Shown in pieces: positions 47,249-56,790 of a stretch of 64,000 bases of DNA (within the stretch, counting starts at the first letter, position 1; every line of letters starts with the position of its first letter). The DNA comes from Thermoanaerobaculia bacterium. Its GTDB lineage: Bacteria > Acidobacteriota > Thermoanaerobaculia > UBA5066. The notes under the pieces were generated by a model. That model saw only the letters and a list, made by a program, of their open reading frames with translations, did not search any database and had not been told where the DNA came from. Position numbers and translations under genes: made by a program. The stretch spans positions 1-64,000 of the forward strand of contig CAWFJJ010000001.1 in the NCBI GenBank assembly GCA_963816185.1. The letters run 5' to 3'.

Positions 47249-47938
47249 GTGATCCTCTTCGAGAACGACGACGTCCTCGCTCTCGACAAACCGCCGGGCG
47301 TCTCGATGGCGACGTCGACGAAAATAGGGAAGTCGGCGGCGGACGCGGTCGCGCGCGTGTTCGCGGCATGCGGCGTTCGCCGGCCGGACTCGCCTCTGCT
47401 CCTCGTACACCGGCTGGACGCCGGGACGTCGGGCGTCGTCCTCTTCGCGAAAACGCCCGAAGCCCACCGAGCGCTCAGCCTTTCGCTGCAGGAGCGCCGT
47501 GCGAAGAAGACGTACCGTGCGCTCGTCTGGGGCCATCCGGTGCCCGCGAAGGGGACGATCGACCTCGCGCTCGCCCGCGACCCGAAGGATGGCCGCAAGA
47601 TGCGCGTTTCTCGGGAGGGGAAGCCGTCCATTACTCGTTACGTGACGCTCCGGAGGTTCTCGTCCCTCGCCGATCTCGAGCTTCGGCCCGAGACCGGACG
47701 CACGCACCAGATTCGGGTTCATCTTTCGGCGAAGGGGCACCCGATCGCAGGCGACGACTTCTACGGCGGCGCCAGCCGGTGGCACGGCGTGCGCGACCCC
47801 CGTCTCCGCGAGGCGCTCAAAACGATCGGGCACCCCCTCCTCCACGCCGTGCGCATCGAGATTCCGGAAATGGGAATCGACGTGACGGCCCCTCTGCCCG
47901 AGGATTACGAGGAGATTCTTGCTTCCCTCTCTTCCTAG
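47249..47938 (+). CDS. RluA family pseudouridine synthase
   Basis: LDKPPG, VHRLDAGTSG, TGRTHQIRVH, GHPIAGD, LLHA. Confidence 0.95.
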   Translation: MILFENDDVLALDKPPGVSMATSTKIGKSAADAVARVFAACGVRRPDSPLLLVHRLDAGTSGVVLFAKTPEAHRALSLSLQERRAKKTYRALVWGHPVPAKGTIDLALARDPKDGRKMRVSREGKPSITRYVTLRRFSSLADLELRPETGRTHQIRVHLSAKGHPIAGDDFYGGASRWHGVRDPRLREALKTIGHPLLHAVRIEIPEMGIDVTAPLPEDYEEILASLSS

Positions 47939-50889
47939 AAAATCACCTTTGCCGCGAGCTGGACGATGCGCGGGCCCGCCGAGGTCGTCGGCGTACCGAA
48001 CGCGGAGAGCCTCGTGAGAGTTGTTCCGCTCACGGCGTAGTAGCCCTGGTTCACGCCGTTGACGTTCGAGCGGTTGAAGACGTTGAAAGCCTCGGCGATG
48101 AGCTGGAGCGTCGCCGGGCCGATCGGAATGTCCTTCGTGATGCGCGGGTCGACCGAGAAGAACGTCGGGTAGGTGAACGTGTTGCGCCCGAATCCCTGCG
48201 CGCGGTCGTTCTGAACGTTGCCGTCATTGTTGATGTCGCTGAGCGGCGCGAGGATCGCGGTGTAGGGCTGGCCGCTCGCGATCGTGACGATCCCCGAGAG
48301 CGACCAGCCTCCGAAGACAGCCTGCTCCATGCCCCCTGCGTTCCGGTAATACGGGAGGCTCCAGTAGGCCGAGAGGACGAAACGATGGCGCTGGTCGGCG
48401 TTGCCGACGGCGTAATCGGCCTGGAAGTTCTTCGGGTCGGAGGCCTGCTTCCCGTCGTCGCCGACCCCCGGCACGACCGAGGTGGCGTCAGGCTTCGTAT
48501 CGAGAACCTTCCCGTACGTATATGCGACGCGCGCCTGCCAGTTGTCCGAGAAGCGCTTGTTCAGCTCGAGCGTGATGCCGTTGTAGTTGGACTCCGCCGT
48601 GCTCTGGAACTCGATGACGCGGTTGAAGTTCGCAAACGGGCGGTCCGCGCCGTACCGCACGACGGGGTAGACGTTCCCGGCCGCGTCCGTGTAGTTGACG
48701 ATGGTGGGAGACCCGACGTTGATGTCTGCCGAGCGCTGGAGGTCCGTGGCCTTGACGTAGAGGTAGGAGAGGCCGAGCGAGACGTCGGCGGACATCGCGT
48801 GCTCGATGCCGAGGCTCGCCTGGTGAACGAGCGGGTTCTGGAAGTTCGGGTCGAAGACGAGAATCGTCGGCTTGGGCAGCGAGACGCCCGTCGGAATGGA
48901 GGGGAAGATGTTCGGGTACGTGGGCATCTGCGCGCCCGTGAACGTGATCCCCTGCACGTTGATGCCGTTGTTCGACATCGCGGTGCCGATCATGATCGAC
49001 GGCGTGCGGCCGTAGAACATGCCGTAGCCGCCGCGTACGACGGTCTTGTCCTGGCCCTTCGGCGTCCACGCGAAGCCGAGCCGGGCGGCGACGTTGTTCG
49101 TGTCCTCCGGAATGACGCTCGTGTCGATGCCGGCCGCGAGGAGCTGAGCGTCGGGATTCCGGGTGGTCGGCTGCTTGATGCCCTGCCTGTCGTATCGGAC
49201 TCCGAGATTGATCGTGAGGTTCTGGATCGGCCGAAACTCGTCCTGCAGGAAGAGACCGATCTCGGACAAGTCGGGGTTCGTGTACGGGCCGCTCGTGCCG
49301 GCGCCCGGAAAGTTCTGGATGAACCGGATGGGCTGCCCGAGGTTGTAAGCCGCGACCGAGTTGAACGTGTACTGGCCGGAGAAGAGGCCCGGGAACCAAT
49401 TCAGGATGAGATCGCGGTTGAAGTCGAAGCCGCCCTTGACCGTGTGGTTTCCGAACAGAAACGTCACCGCGTCGGCGACCTGATAGCGCGTGATCGTCGT
49501 CTCACGCGGGCTGAAGTTGTTCCGCCCGATCGTGAAGGAGAAGTTTCCGACGTCCTGGATGATCGACTCGGGGTCCGTGCTGTTCGCGAGGCCCGGCTCG
49601 GAGTCCTTCGCGTACTGGCCGCGCAGCTCGTTGAAGAGCGACGAGCCGAAGGAATTCGTCACGGCGGCGGTAACCGTGTCCGTGTTCACGAGGGAGTCGC
49701 CCGAGTGCGTGACCGACTGCGTCGTGCCGCCGTTCTCGTTGTTGACGCCCGTGAAGCGCTGCCGGTTGTACCGGACGGACACATGCGTCGAGGTGCCGGC
49801 TTCGTAGTCCGCCTTGGCCAGGAAGACGTCCTGGTTCTGGCCGCGGTCGTACGGCCCGGTGAGAGGCGTCAGCTTCGCGAGGCCGGCCGCGGTGTTCGGG
49901 TCCGTCGGGAGACCGGCCGTGGAAAGGATGACGGGCTGACCGTTCGTGTTGCGCTGGCCGTCGTAGTTCGCGAAGAAAAACAGCTGGTCCTTGAGGATCG
50001 GCCCACCGAGGCTCGCGCCGAACTGGTTGTAGTGGTAGTTGCTCTTGGCGCGGCCGTTGATCACGTTGACGTAATCGTTCGCGTTCAGGCCCTTGTCGCG
50101 GAAGAACTCGAAGGCCGAGCCATGGAACTCGTTCGTGCCGGACTTCGTCACGACGTTGATGACGGCGCCGCCCGCCCGCCCGTATTCGGCCGTGTAGGCG
50201 TTGCGGTTCACCTGGAATTCCTTCACGGCATCCTGGCTGAACTGGTAGGGCGCGCGGCCCGAACCCGTTCTGCCGAGCGCCTGGCCGAAGAACGTGTTGT
50301 TGTTGTCGGCCCCGTCGATCACGAGGCTGTTCAGCGTGCCGCGCTGGCCCGCGAAGCTGATGTCGCCGAGGCGCGGGTCCTTTGTGACGCCCGGCGTCGT
50401 GAGAACGAAGTCGATGAAGTTGCGCCCGTTCGTGGGCAGGTTCCCGATGTAGTTTTCGTTCACGACGTCGCTTTGCTGCGTCCGCGTCGTCTCGATGAGC
50501 GGCGCCTCCTCGGTGACGGTCACGGCCGTCTTGACGCTCGAGAGCGCGAGGGTGAGCTTGAGGGTCACGTCGCCGCCGACGTTCAGCTCGATGCCCGGCT
50601 TCGTTGCGGACGTGAAGCCGGAAAGATCGGCGGTGACGTCGTAGAGGCCGACGGAAAGTACCGGAAACGTGAAGGCGCCCGAGGCGTTCGTCACGGCCGT
50701 GCGCACGGCGCCGGTTTTCACGTTCTTCGCGGTGACGCTCGCGCCGGGCAGGGGCCCTCCGGCGGCGTCCGAAACGGTGCCCGAGATCGAGCCCCCCGTG
50801 CTCTGCGCGAGGAGATCTGTGGCGGGCCACGCGAGGGCGACGGCCAGGATCGCGGACAGAACGGCGACAGAACGAAACGATCGCGACAT
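47935..50889 (-). CDS. TonB-dependent receptor, Oar-like, with carboxypeptidase-regulatory-like N-domain
   Basis: Signal peptide; GSISGTV.D..G..LPGA; LPTNGRNF; AEYGRAGGAVINVVTKSGTNEFHGS; PRIVQLAAKVIF C-terminus; AAGGAGG RBS. Confidence 0.93.
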   Translation of the reverse strand: MSRSFRSVAVLSAILAVALAWPATDLLAQSTGGSISGTVSDAAGGPLPGASVTAKNVKTGAVRTAVTNASGAFTFPVLSVGLYDVTADLSGFTSATKPGIELNVGGDVTLKLTLALSSVKTAVTVTEEAPLIETTRTQQSDVVNENYIGNLPTNGRNFIDFVLTTPGVTKDPRLGDISFAGQRGTLNSLVIDGADNNNTFFGQALGRTGSGRAPYQFSQDAVKEFQVNRNAYTAEYGRAGGAVINVVTKSGTNEFHGSAFEFFRDKGLNANDYVNVINGRAKSNYHYNQFGASLGGPILKDQLFFFANYDGQRNTNGQPVILSTAGLPTDPNTAAGLAKLTPLTGPYDRGQNQDVFLAKADYEAGTSTHVSVRYNRQRFTGVNNENGGTTQSVTHSGDSLVNTDTVTAAVTNSFGSSLFNELRGQYAKDSEPGLANSTDPESIIQDVGNFSFTIGRNNFSPRETTITRYQVADAVTFLFGNHTVKGGFDFNRDLILNWFPGLFSGQYTFNSVAAYNLGQPIRFIQNFPGAGTSGPYTNPDLSEIGLFLQDEFRPIQNLTINLGVRYDRQGIKQPTTRNPDAQLLAAGIDTSVIPEDTNNVAARLGFAWTPKGQDKTVVRGGYGMFYGRTPSIMIGTAMSNNGINVQGITFTGAQMPTYPNIFPSIPTGVSLPKPTILVFDPNFQNPLVHQASLGIEHAMSADVSLGLSYLYVKATDLQRSADINVGSPTIVNYTDAAGNVYPVVRYGADRPFANFNRVIEFQSTAESNYNGITLELNKRFSDNWQARVAYTYGKVLDTKPDATSVVPGVGDDGKQASDPKNFQADYAVGNADQRHRFVLSAYWSLPYYRNAGGMEQAVFGGWSLSGIVTIASGQPYTAILAPLSDINNDGNVQNDRAQGFGRNTFTYPTFFSVDPRITKDIPIGPATLQLIAEAFNVFNRSNVNGVNQGYYAVSGTTLTRLSAFGTPTTSAGPRIVQLAAKVIF

Positions 50890-51000
50890 CGAAATCCTCC
50901 TTCGGACCGCCGAATGATCGTCACCCCTCGGCGCAGGGGGTGTGAAGTTCGCGTGAAGCCTATCTCAAGATCGGCCGGCGGATTCTCGTCGCTGACGACA

Positions 51001-52146
51001 TCAGCGTGAAGGCGCGGACGAATGAGAGGGGGAGCGAACGGGGGCGCAACCGCGCGCCGCGAGAAACGTCGCGACCCCGGCGAGGAGGACGAGACTCGCC
51101 CCGAACAGCAGCAGGAGAGGGCCCTTCTTCGGAGGGGGAAGCTCGCTCGTCACGGGAGCGGCCGGCGGGCGCCTCGGCCTCAGGGGAGCCGTGGAGTCCG
51201 CGAGGGAGACCGGCTCGGCGGCGCCGGCGAACGCGGGGACTTCGCGAGTGATCGCGCTGCGGGTGGGTTTCGCGTGGAGCTCGCGCCGTGCGACCACGAG
51301 GTCGAGGATCATCTGGCCGGCGCTTCCGTACCGTTCCAGGGGCTCCTTCTTGAGGGCCTTGGCGACGATCTGCTTCAGAGCCTCGGGCACGAGGTCGGGC
51401 ACCGGCCACGGATCGGCATCTTTGGTCATCATCTTGGCCACCATCTGGGTCACGCTCGCGCCCGAGAAAGGGTGCACGCCGGCCAGCATCTGGTAGAAGA
51501 CGATTCCGAAAGAGAAGAGATCCGAACGCTCGTCGAGCGGGTTTCCGAGCGCCTGCTCCGGAGAGAGATAGTCGAGCGTGCCGACGATCATCCCCTCGCC
51601 GGTCTGCCGGTGCGAGCGGGACGTGTCGCGCGCGCCCTCGGCGAGCAGCTTGCTGAGGCCGAAATCGAGCACCTTCACGCGGCCGTCCGGCGCGAGCATG
51701 AGGTTCGAGGGCGTGACGTCGCGGTGAAGGATGCGGCTTTGGTGCGCGACCTTCAGGCCCTCGAGCGCCTGGATCGCGATGTCGAGGCATTCCGTGACCG
51801 AGAGTCTCCGCTTGTCCATGATCTCATCGAGGCCTTCGCCTTCCAGGTACTCGAGGACGAGATAGAGGGCGCCCGGCGGGAAACCCACGTCGCGCGCTTC
51901 CGTCGTGGCGAGGTCGTGGATCGTGATGACGTTCGGATGATTGAGCGCCGCGACGGCGCGCGCCTCGTTCATGAAACGGCCGCGCATCTTCGTGTCGCTC
52001 TGGAGCGCCGCGGGCAGGACCTTGATCGCGACGCGGCGGCCGAGCGCCGAATCCGACGCGAGATAGACCTCCCCCATGCCGCCCCGGCCGAGTAAGCGGA
52101 GGATCTCGTACCGGCCGATGCTCTTGGGAAGTGGTTCCGCGGCCAC
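51001..52146 (-). CDS. Hanks-type Ser/Thr protein kinase with C-terminal TM
   Basis: LGRGGMGEVY, VAIK, HPNV, HRDVTPSN, DFG, GTLDYLSPEQ, SDLFSFG. Confidence 0.92.
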   Translation of the reverse strand: MAAEPLPKSIGRYEILRLLGRGGMGEVYLASDSALGRRVAIKVLPAALQSDTKMRGRFMNEARAVAALNHPNVITIHDLATTEARDVGFPPGALYLVLEYLEGEGLDEIMDKRRLSVTECLDIAIQALEGLKVAHQSRILHRDVTPSNLMLAPDGRVKVLDFGLSKLLAEGARDTSRSHRQTGEGMIVGTLDYLSPEQALGNPLDERSDLFSFGIVFYQMLAGVHPFSGASVTQMVAKMMTKDADPWPVPDLVPEALKQIVAKALKKEPLERYGSAGQMILDLVVARRELHAKPTRSAITREVPAFAGAAEPVSLADSTAPLRPRRPPAAPVTSELPPPKKGPLLLLFGASLVLLAGVATFLAARGCAPVRSPSHSSAPSR

Positions 52147-52181
52147 CGAGCCGCAAGTATAGGGAGTCCCCGCTCCCTCGA

Positions 52182-52763
52182 TCAGGAGGGCGTGGACGCG
52201 GCCGCGTCGATCGCCAGCAGGATCGTCAGCGTGCTTCCCTGATCGCGCGTCGTCGAGGTGAGGCCCGTGCGCGCGAAGAGGCGAAGCATCCGCTCGTTGT
52301 TCTTCAGGACCTCCGCCTCGAAGACCGTGATCTCCCTCCCGCGGGCGAGGGTCGCGAGGCGCTGAAAGAGAAGGCTGCCGAGGCCGCGGCCCTGGAAGTC
52401 GTCTGCGACCGTGAACGCGACCTCCGCGTGGGAGGGCCGATCGGGGAAGCGCTCCCACCGCGCAACCCCGACGATCGCCCCCGCCGCCTCGGCGACGATG
52501 GCGTAGCGTCTGTCGTAATCCACGTGCGTGAGGTACTCGGCTTTCCCCGCGTCCTTGTCGGGCACGGCGAAGAAGCGGAAATAGAGGCTGTCCGGAGAAA
52601 GGCGGTCGTAGAGAGCCAGTAGACCGGGTCCGTCGTCTCCCCGGATGGGACGCAGGTGCAGCGCCGTGCCGTCGCGAAGAACGACATCCGACTCGTCCGC
52701 GGCCGGATAGATCCCGCTCGCGCGTGATCCGCTTCCCGGCTCCTCCCGAATCGTTCGAACCAC
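52182..52763 (-). CDS. Stand-alone GNAT acetyltransferase (similar to the GNAT domain of Pat-type protein acetyltransferases)
   Basis: DVVLRDG..LRPI..LSPDSLYFRFF, AEVAFTVADDFQGRGLG, VLKNN.RML; GGAGG RBS before GTG 52763. Confidence 0.88.
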   Translation of the reverse strand: MVRTIREEPGSGSRASGIYPAADESDVVLRDGTALHLRPIRGDDGPGLLALYDRLSPDSLYFRFFAVPDKDAGKAEYLTHVDYDRRYAIVAEAAGAIVGVARWERFPDRPSHAEVAFTVADDFQGRGLGSLLFQRLATLARGREITVFEAEVLKNNERMLRLFARTGLTSTTRDQGSTLTILLAIDAAASTPS

Positions 52764-52845
52764 GCGTCCTCCGGCGGGCTGTTCTTCGACTCCGAAAGAC
52801 GATACAACGCGCCATCGTTCGAGGGGACGCGGACGGGAGGGTGCC

Positions 52846-53244
52846 ATGAAACTCATCACGACGATCATCCGGCCCGAGAAGCTGGCCGACGTGAAGGCCG
52901 CCCTGTTCCGTGCGGGCGTGACGGGGATCTCTCTGTCGCGGGTGCAGGGGCACGGCGGCGAACACGAAACCGTCGAGCAGTACCGCGGGACGACGCTCGT
53001 CTTCGAGTTCGTCGAGAAGGTGCGGATCGACATCGCCGTCTCCGAGCCCTTCGTCGAGCCCACGATCGCGGCGATCCTCGCGGGAGCACGCACGGGCGAG
53101 GTCGGCGACGGCAAGATCTTCGTCCAGCCGCTCGAGCGCATCATCCGGATCCGGACGGGGGAGCAGGACGTGCAGGCGCTCACGCCGGTCTCGGCCGACG
53201 AGGTTCAGGCGCGCGCGATGCGAGCGAAAAGAGAGCCCTCGTGA
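52846..53244 (+). CDS. glnK: PII nitrogen regulatory protein
   Basis: IIRPEKL, YRG, ARTGEVGDGKIFV, RIRTGE; coupled to amtB. Confidence 0.93.
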   Translation: MKLITTIIRPEKLADVKAALFRAGVTGISLSRVQGHGGEHETVEQYRGTTLVFEFVEKVRIDIAVSEPFVEPTIAAILAGARTGEVGDGKIFVQPLERIIRIRTGEQDVQALTPVSADEVQARAMRAKREPS

Positions 53245-54548
53245 ACACCGCTCCCGCGATCAGCGCCGGGGACACCGCGTGGCTGCTCGGCTCGGCCGCG
53301 CTCGTCTTCCTGATGAGCCCGGGACTCGCGTTTTTCTACGCCGGACTCGTGAGGCGGAAGAACACGCTCAACACACTCATGATGACGTACGTCGCGATGG
53401 GCACGGGCGCGCTCGTCTGGATGGCCGCCGGCTACTCCCTCGCGTTCGCGCCCGGGTCGCCTTTCGTCGGCGGCCTGAGGTGGCTCGGGCTCTCCGGCGT
53501 GGGCGGGACACCGGAGCCGGCCTATGCCGCCACCGTCCCTCACCTCGCCTTCTTCGCGTTCCAGGGCATGTTCGCGACGATCACTCCCGCCCTGATCTCG
53601 GGCGCGATCGTCGAGCGGATGAGCTTTCGCGCCTACGTGCTCTTCATCGGCCTCTGGAGCCTCGTCGTCTACGCGCCGGTCGCGCACTGGGTCTGGGGCA
53701 CGGGCGGCTTCGTGCGAGCCTGGGGGGCGCTCGACTTCGCCGGGGGAACGGTCGTGCACGTGACGGCGGGGACGGCGGCTCTCGTCGCCGCGACATTCCT
53801 CGGTCCGCGGCAGGACAACAAGCGCATCGCCCTGATCCCGCACAACGTTCCGTACGTGCTCCTCGGCTCGGGCCTCCTGTGGTTCGGCTGGTTCGGCTTC
53901 AACGCGGGCTCGGCCCTCGCGGCAAACGGGACCGCGGCCCTCGCGTTCGTCACGACGAACGCCGGCGCCGCGTCGGCCCTTCTCACATGGATCCTCCTCG
54001 AGAATTACTTCGGGGGCCACGCGACGGCGGTCGGCGCCGCGACGGGCGCGGTCGTCGGGCTCGTCGGCATCACGCCCGGGGCCGGGTTCGTGCCGCCGCT
54101 CGCCGCGGTCGCGATCGGCTCGCTCACGGCGCTCGCGAGCTTCAGCGCGCTTCGCCTGAGGGCGCGCACGTCGCTCGACGACACGCTCGACGTCTTCGCG
54201 TGCCACGGAATCGGCGGGATCACCGGCTCGATCCTGACCGGCGTCTTCGCGTCCAAGGCCGCGAATCCGGACGGCGGCAACGGCCTCCTCGCGGGAGGTG
54301 CGGCGCTTCTCGGTATCCAGGCGGGCGCGGTGGCGGTCGTATTTGCCTATACGGCAGCGGCCACGGCGGCCGTCGTCCTTCTCGTGAAGCTCGTGACGCC
54401 GCTGAGGATCGAGCTCCACGCGGAGCTCGAAGGCCTTGACCGGCAGGTGCACGGGGAGGAGGCCTACCGCGGCGGCAGCGCGGCGGGGGGCCTAGGGGAA
54501 TCCGTGATTCTGCTGCATTCCGAGCGAACCCGCGCCCACGAAAGCTAG
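53241..54548 (+). CDS. amtB: Ammonium transporter
   Basis: GDTAW, PGLAFFYAG, FQGMFA, HWVWG, DFAGGTVVH, WFGWFGFNAGS, DDTLDVFACHG. Confidence 0.96.
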   Translation: MNTAPAISAGDTAWLLGSAALVFLMSPGLAFFYAGLVRRKNTLNTLMMTYVAMGTGALVWMAAGYSLAFAPGSPFVGGLRWLGLSGVGGTPEPAYAATVPHLAFFAFQGMFATITPALISGAIVERMSFRAYVLFIGLWSLVVYAPVAHWVWGTGGFVRAWGALDFAGGTVVHVTAGTAALVAATFLGPRQDNKRIALIPHNVPYVLLGSGLLWFGWFGFNAGSALAANGTAALAFVTTNAGAASALLTWILLENYFGGHATAVGAATGAVVGLVGITPGAGFVPPLAAVAIGSLTALASFSALRLRARTSLDDTLDVFACHGIGGITGSILTGVFASKAANPDGGNGLLAGGAALLGIQAGAVAVVFAYTAAATAAVVLLVKLVTPLRIELHAELEGLDRQVHGEEAYRGGSAAGGLGESVILLHSERTRAHES

Positions 54549-54556
54549 ACAGCGCG

Positions 54557-56062
54557 CTAGCCGGACGGCGCGGCGCGTCCCGTCAGCGCCGCGAGGCGCC
54601 GCAGGCGCGCGGCGAGGTCCGGCGAGAACGCGTCCCTCGTGGCGCGCCAGTCCCAGTTCGCGCCGATACGGCCCGGCATGTTCATGCGGCCCTCCGGGCC
54701 GAGGCTGAGGTAATCCTGCATCGGCGCGATCGCGCGGTCGGCGACGGACGCGAAGGCGGCGCGAATCAGGTCCCAGGCCGCATCGTCCCCCGACGTCCCG
54801 AGATAGTCGCGGAAGCGGGCCTTCGCGCCGTCGTCGAGCGCCGCGAACCACGAGCGGGACGTGTCGTTGTCGTGCGTGCCCGTGTAGACCACCATGTTGG
54901 GGATGTAACGGTGCGGCAGGTGCTCGCTGTCGGTCTCGCCGAAGCCGAATTGCAGGACCTTCATGCCGGGAAGGCCGAGGGTCTCGACGAGTTTGCGGAC
55001 GTCTTCCGTGAGAAGGCCGAGGTCCTCGGCGACGAGCGTGACGTCTCCGAGCGCGTGCTGGATCGCCATGAAGAGCATGAGACCGGGCCCGTTCACCCAC
55101 CGCCCGTCGCGCGCGGTGGCGGCGCCCGCGGGCACCTCCCAGTACGCCGAGAAGCCGCGGAAGTGGTCGAGGCGTACGACGTCCGCGAGCCGGAGGTTCA
55201 ATCGGATCCTCTCGATCCACCAGTCGTAGCCGTCCTCGGCGAGAACGTCCCAGCGATAGAGGGGATGGCCCCAGAGCTGCCCGTCGGCGCTGAAGTCGTC
55301 GGGCGGAACGCCCGCCGAAGACGTGGGACGCCCGTCCTCGCCGAGCACGAACAGCCGGCGGTGCGCCCACACGTCGGCGCTGTCGCATGCGACGTAGATG
55401 GGCAGGTCTCCCATCACCGAGATGTCGCGCGCGTTCGCCTCCGACTTCACACGCTGCCACTGCCGGAAGAAGAGGAACTGTGCGTACGTGTGAAACGCGA
55501 TCTCGCCCGCGAGCTCGGTCCGCGCGGCGGCGAGGGCCGCTTCCTCTCGCGTCGCGAGCGCGGAATCCCATGCCGTCCAGGGCCGCCCGGCGTTTCTCTC
55601 CCGCAGGGCGGCGAAGAGAGCCCAGTCGGAAAGCCACGCGGCGTTCGAGGAGGCTTCTGCGAATCGCGCGACCTCGTCGAGGATGCGCCCGCCGAGAGAC
55701 TTCGCGTGGCGGAACGAGTCCTCGAGAAGGCGCCGTCGAAACGGCACGACGCGCTCCCAGTCCACGCGCCCCTCGGGGAACTCCGGCGCGCCGTCGAGGG
55801 CGCCGGGAGGGAGGAGACCTTCCTCGACGAGCCACTCGGGCGAGATGAGAAGCGGATCGCCCGCGAAGGCCGAGAGCCCGTCGTAAGGCGAATGGTGCGG
55901 TCCCGTGGGTCCGGGAGGCAGGACCTGCCAGAGCCTGAGCCCCGCTTGTGCCGCCCAGTCCAGGAAGGCATCGGCGGCAGGGCCGAGATCTCCCACGCCG
56001 AACCGCGAGGGTAGCGACGTCGGGTGCAGGAGCACGCCGGCTTGTCGCGTGGGTCGGGTCAT
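54557..56062 (-). CDS. malQ: 4-alpha-glucanotransferase (amylomaltase, GH77)
   Basis: GVLLHPTSLP, WQVLP, GDLPIYV, GVPPDDFS.DGQLWG, RLDHFRG, AEDLG, YTGTHDNDT, RMNMPG. Confidence 0.96.
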   Translation of the reverse strand: MTRPTRQAGVLLHPTSLPSRFGVGDLGPAADAFLDWAAQAGLRLWQVLPPGPTGPHHSPYDGLSAFAGDPLLISPEWLVEEGLLPPGALDGAPEFPEGRVDWERVVPFRRRLLEDSFRHAKSLGGRILDEVARFAEASSNAAWLSDWALFAALRERNAGRPWTAWDSALATREEAALAAARTELAGEIAFHTYAQFLFFRQWQRVKSEANARDISVMGDLPIYVACDSADVWAHRRLFVLGEDGRPTSSAGVPPDDFSADGQLWGHPLYRWDVLAEDGYDWWIERIRLNLRLADVVRLDHFRGFSAYWEVPAGAATARDGRWVNGPGLMLFMAIQHALGDVTLVAEDLGLLTEDVRKLVETLGLPGMKVLQFGFGETDSEHLPHRYIPNMVVYTGTHDNDTSRSWFAALDDGAKARFRDYLGTSGDDAAWDLIRAAFASVADRAIAPMQDYLSLGPEGRMNMPGRIGANWDWRATRDAFSPDLAARLRRLAALTGRAAPSG

Positions 56063-56083
56063 TCACGGGATGCTATCCCGGCG

Positions 56084-56097
56084 GGCATGCTTCTTGA
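56084..56097 (+). promoter_or_regulatory. Sigma54-like -24/-12 motif (GGCAT-N5-TTGA) upstream of pilin 1
   Basis: GGCATGCTTCTTGA 34 nt upstream of ATG 56132. Confidence 0.45.
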
Positions 56098-56131
56098 GTA
56101 CGTACCCGGAATCGAGCGATCGAGAGGGAGA

Positions 56132-56617
56132 ATGACGAGACGCCGGGGATTTACGCTCATCGAGCTCTTGATCGTCGTGGCGATCATCGGGATCATCGTC
56201 GCGATCTCAATCGTGAACATGATCAACGTGATTCAGCGCGCCAAGCAGAAGCGCTCGATGGCGGACATGAAGAGCCTCGCCACGGCCATCGAGGCGTACG
56301 CGACCGACCGGGACTTCTACCCGGCGGCGGCGGGCTTCACGTTGCCTTCGGGGCTCTCGCTGCCGACCGGCACCGTCGGAACGGTCTCCGCCTCGCTCAC
56401 CCCGACGTATCTGAGGGTGACGCCGCTCGTGGACGGCTGGAGCTCGTATTTCACGTACGGAACGAACGCCGCGCGCAACGACTACGCTCTCCGGTCGGGG
56501 GGCGCCGACGGGGCGCTCGAGACGACTCCGGTCTGGGGCATAACGACCAATTTCAACGCCGACATCATCCTCGTGGACGGCACATTCACGCAGTATCCGG
56601 AGGGCGTCCAGAAGTGA
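56132..56617 (+). CDS. Type IV pilin / GspG-like pseudopilin 1
   Basis: Class III signal RRRG|FTLIELLIVVAIIG; DGW..Y and S.G.DG motifs; GAGGGAG RBS. Confidence 0.9.
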   Translation: MTRRRGFTLIELLIVVAIIGIIVAISIVNMINVIQRAKQKRSMADMKSLATAIEAYATDRDFYPAAAGFTLPSGLSLPTGTVGTVSASLTPTYLRVTPLVDGWSSYFTYGTNAARNDYALRSGGADGALETTPVWGITTNFNADIILVDGTFTQYPEGVQK

Positions 56618-56745
56618 GCAGCGCGGCGACGGGCCGACAAACGGTGGCCCGGCCTCCCCGCCTCCTCCGACAAAATTTCGTCGCCCGCCCGGCGTTCGGA
56701 CCCGATTCGTGCCCGAACCAGTCGGATTCCGGCTCTGGAGCCCGC

Positions 56746-56759
56746 GGCACGCGTCTTGA
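56746..56759 (+). promoter_or_regulatory. Sigma54-like -24/-12 motif (GGCAC-N5-TTGA) upstream of pilin 2
   Basis: CGGCACGCGTCTTGA about 30 nt upstream of ATG 56791; CCGACAAA direct repeats at 56634 and 56667 as candidate activator sites. Confidence 0.55.
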
Positions 56760-56790
56760 AAGCAGATCGGCACATTAGGAGGTTCATCTC

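Noticed and set aside
47935-47938. Convergent genes sharing a CTAG stop overlap
   Set aside because: Common in compact genomes; no functional inference is warranted.
50890-51000. Riboswitch upstream of the TonB-dependent receptor
   Set aside because: Only a short hairpin (CACCCC..GGGGTG). No cobalamin or TPP consensus elements were recognisable, and the gap is short.
47368-51009. 1213 aa ORF on + strand, and similar long ORFs such as 14516..16768, 24388..25980, 546..2360 and 42623..44626
   Set aside because: Antisense or off-frame shadows of well-supported genes. The high GC content suppresses stop codons and the translations have no family motifs.
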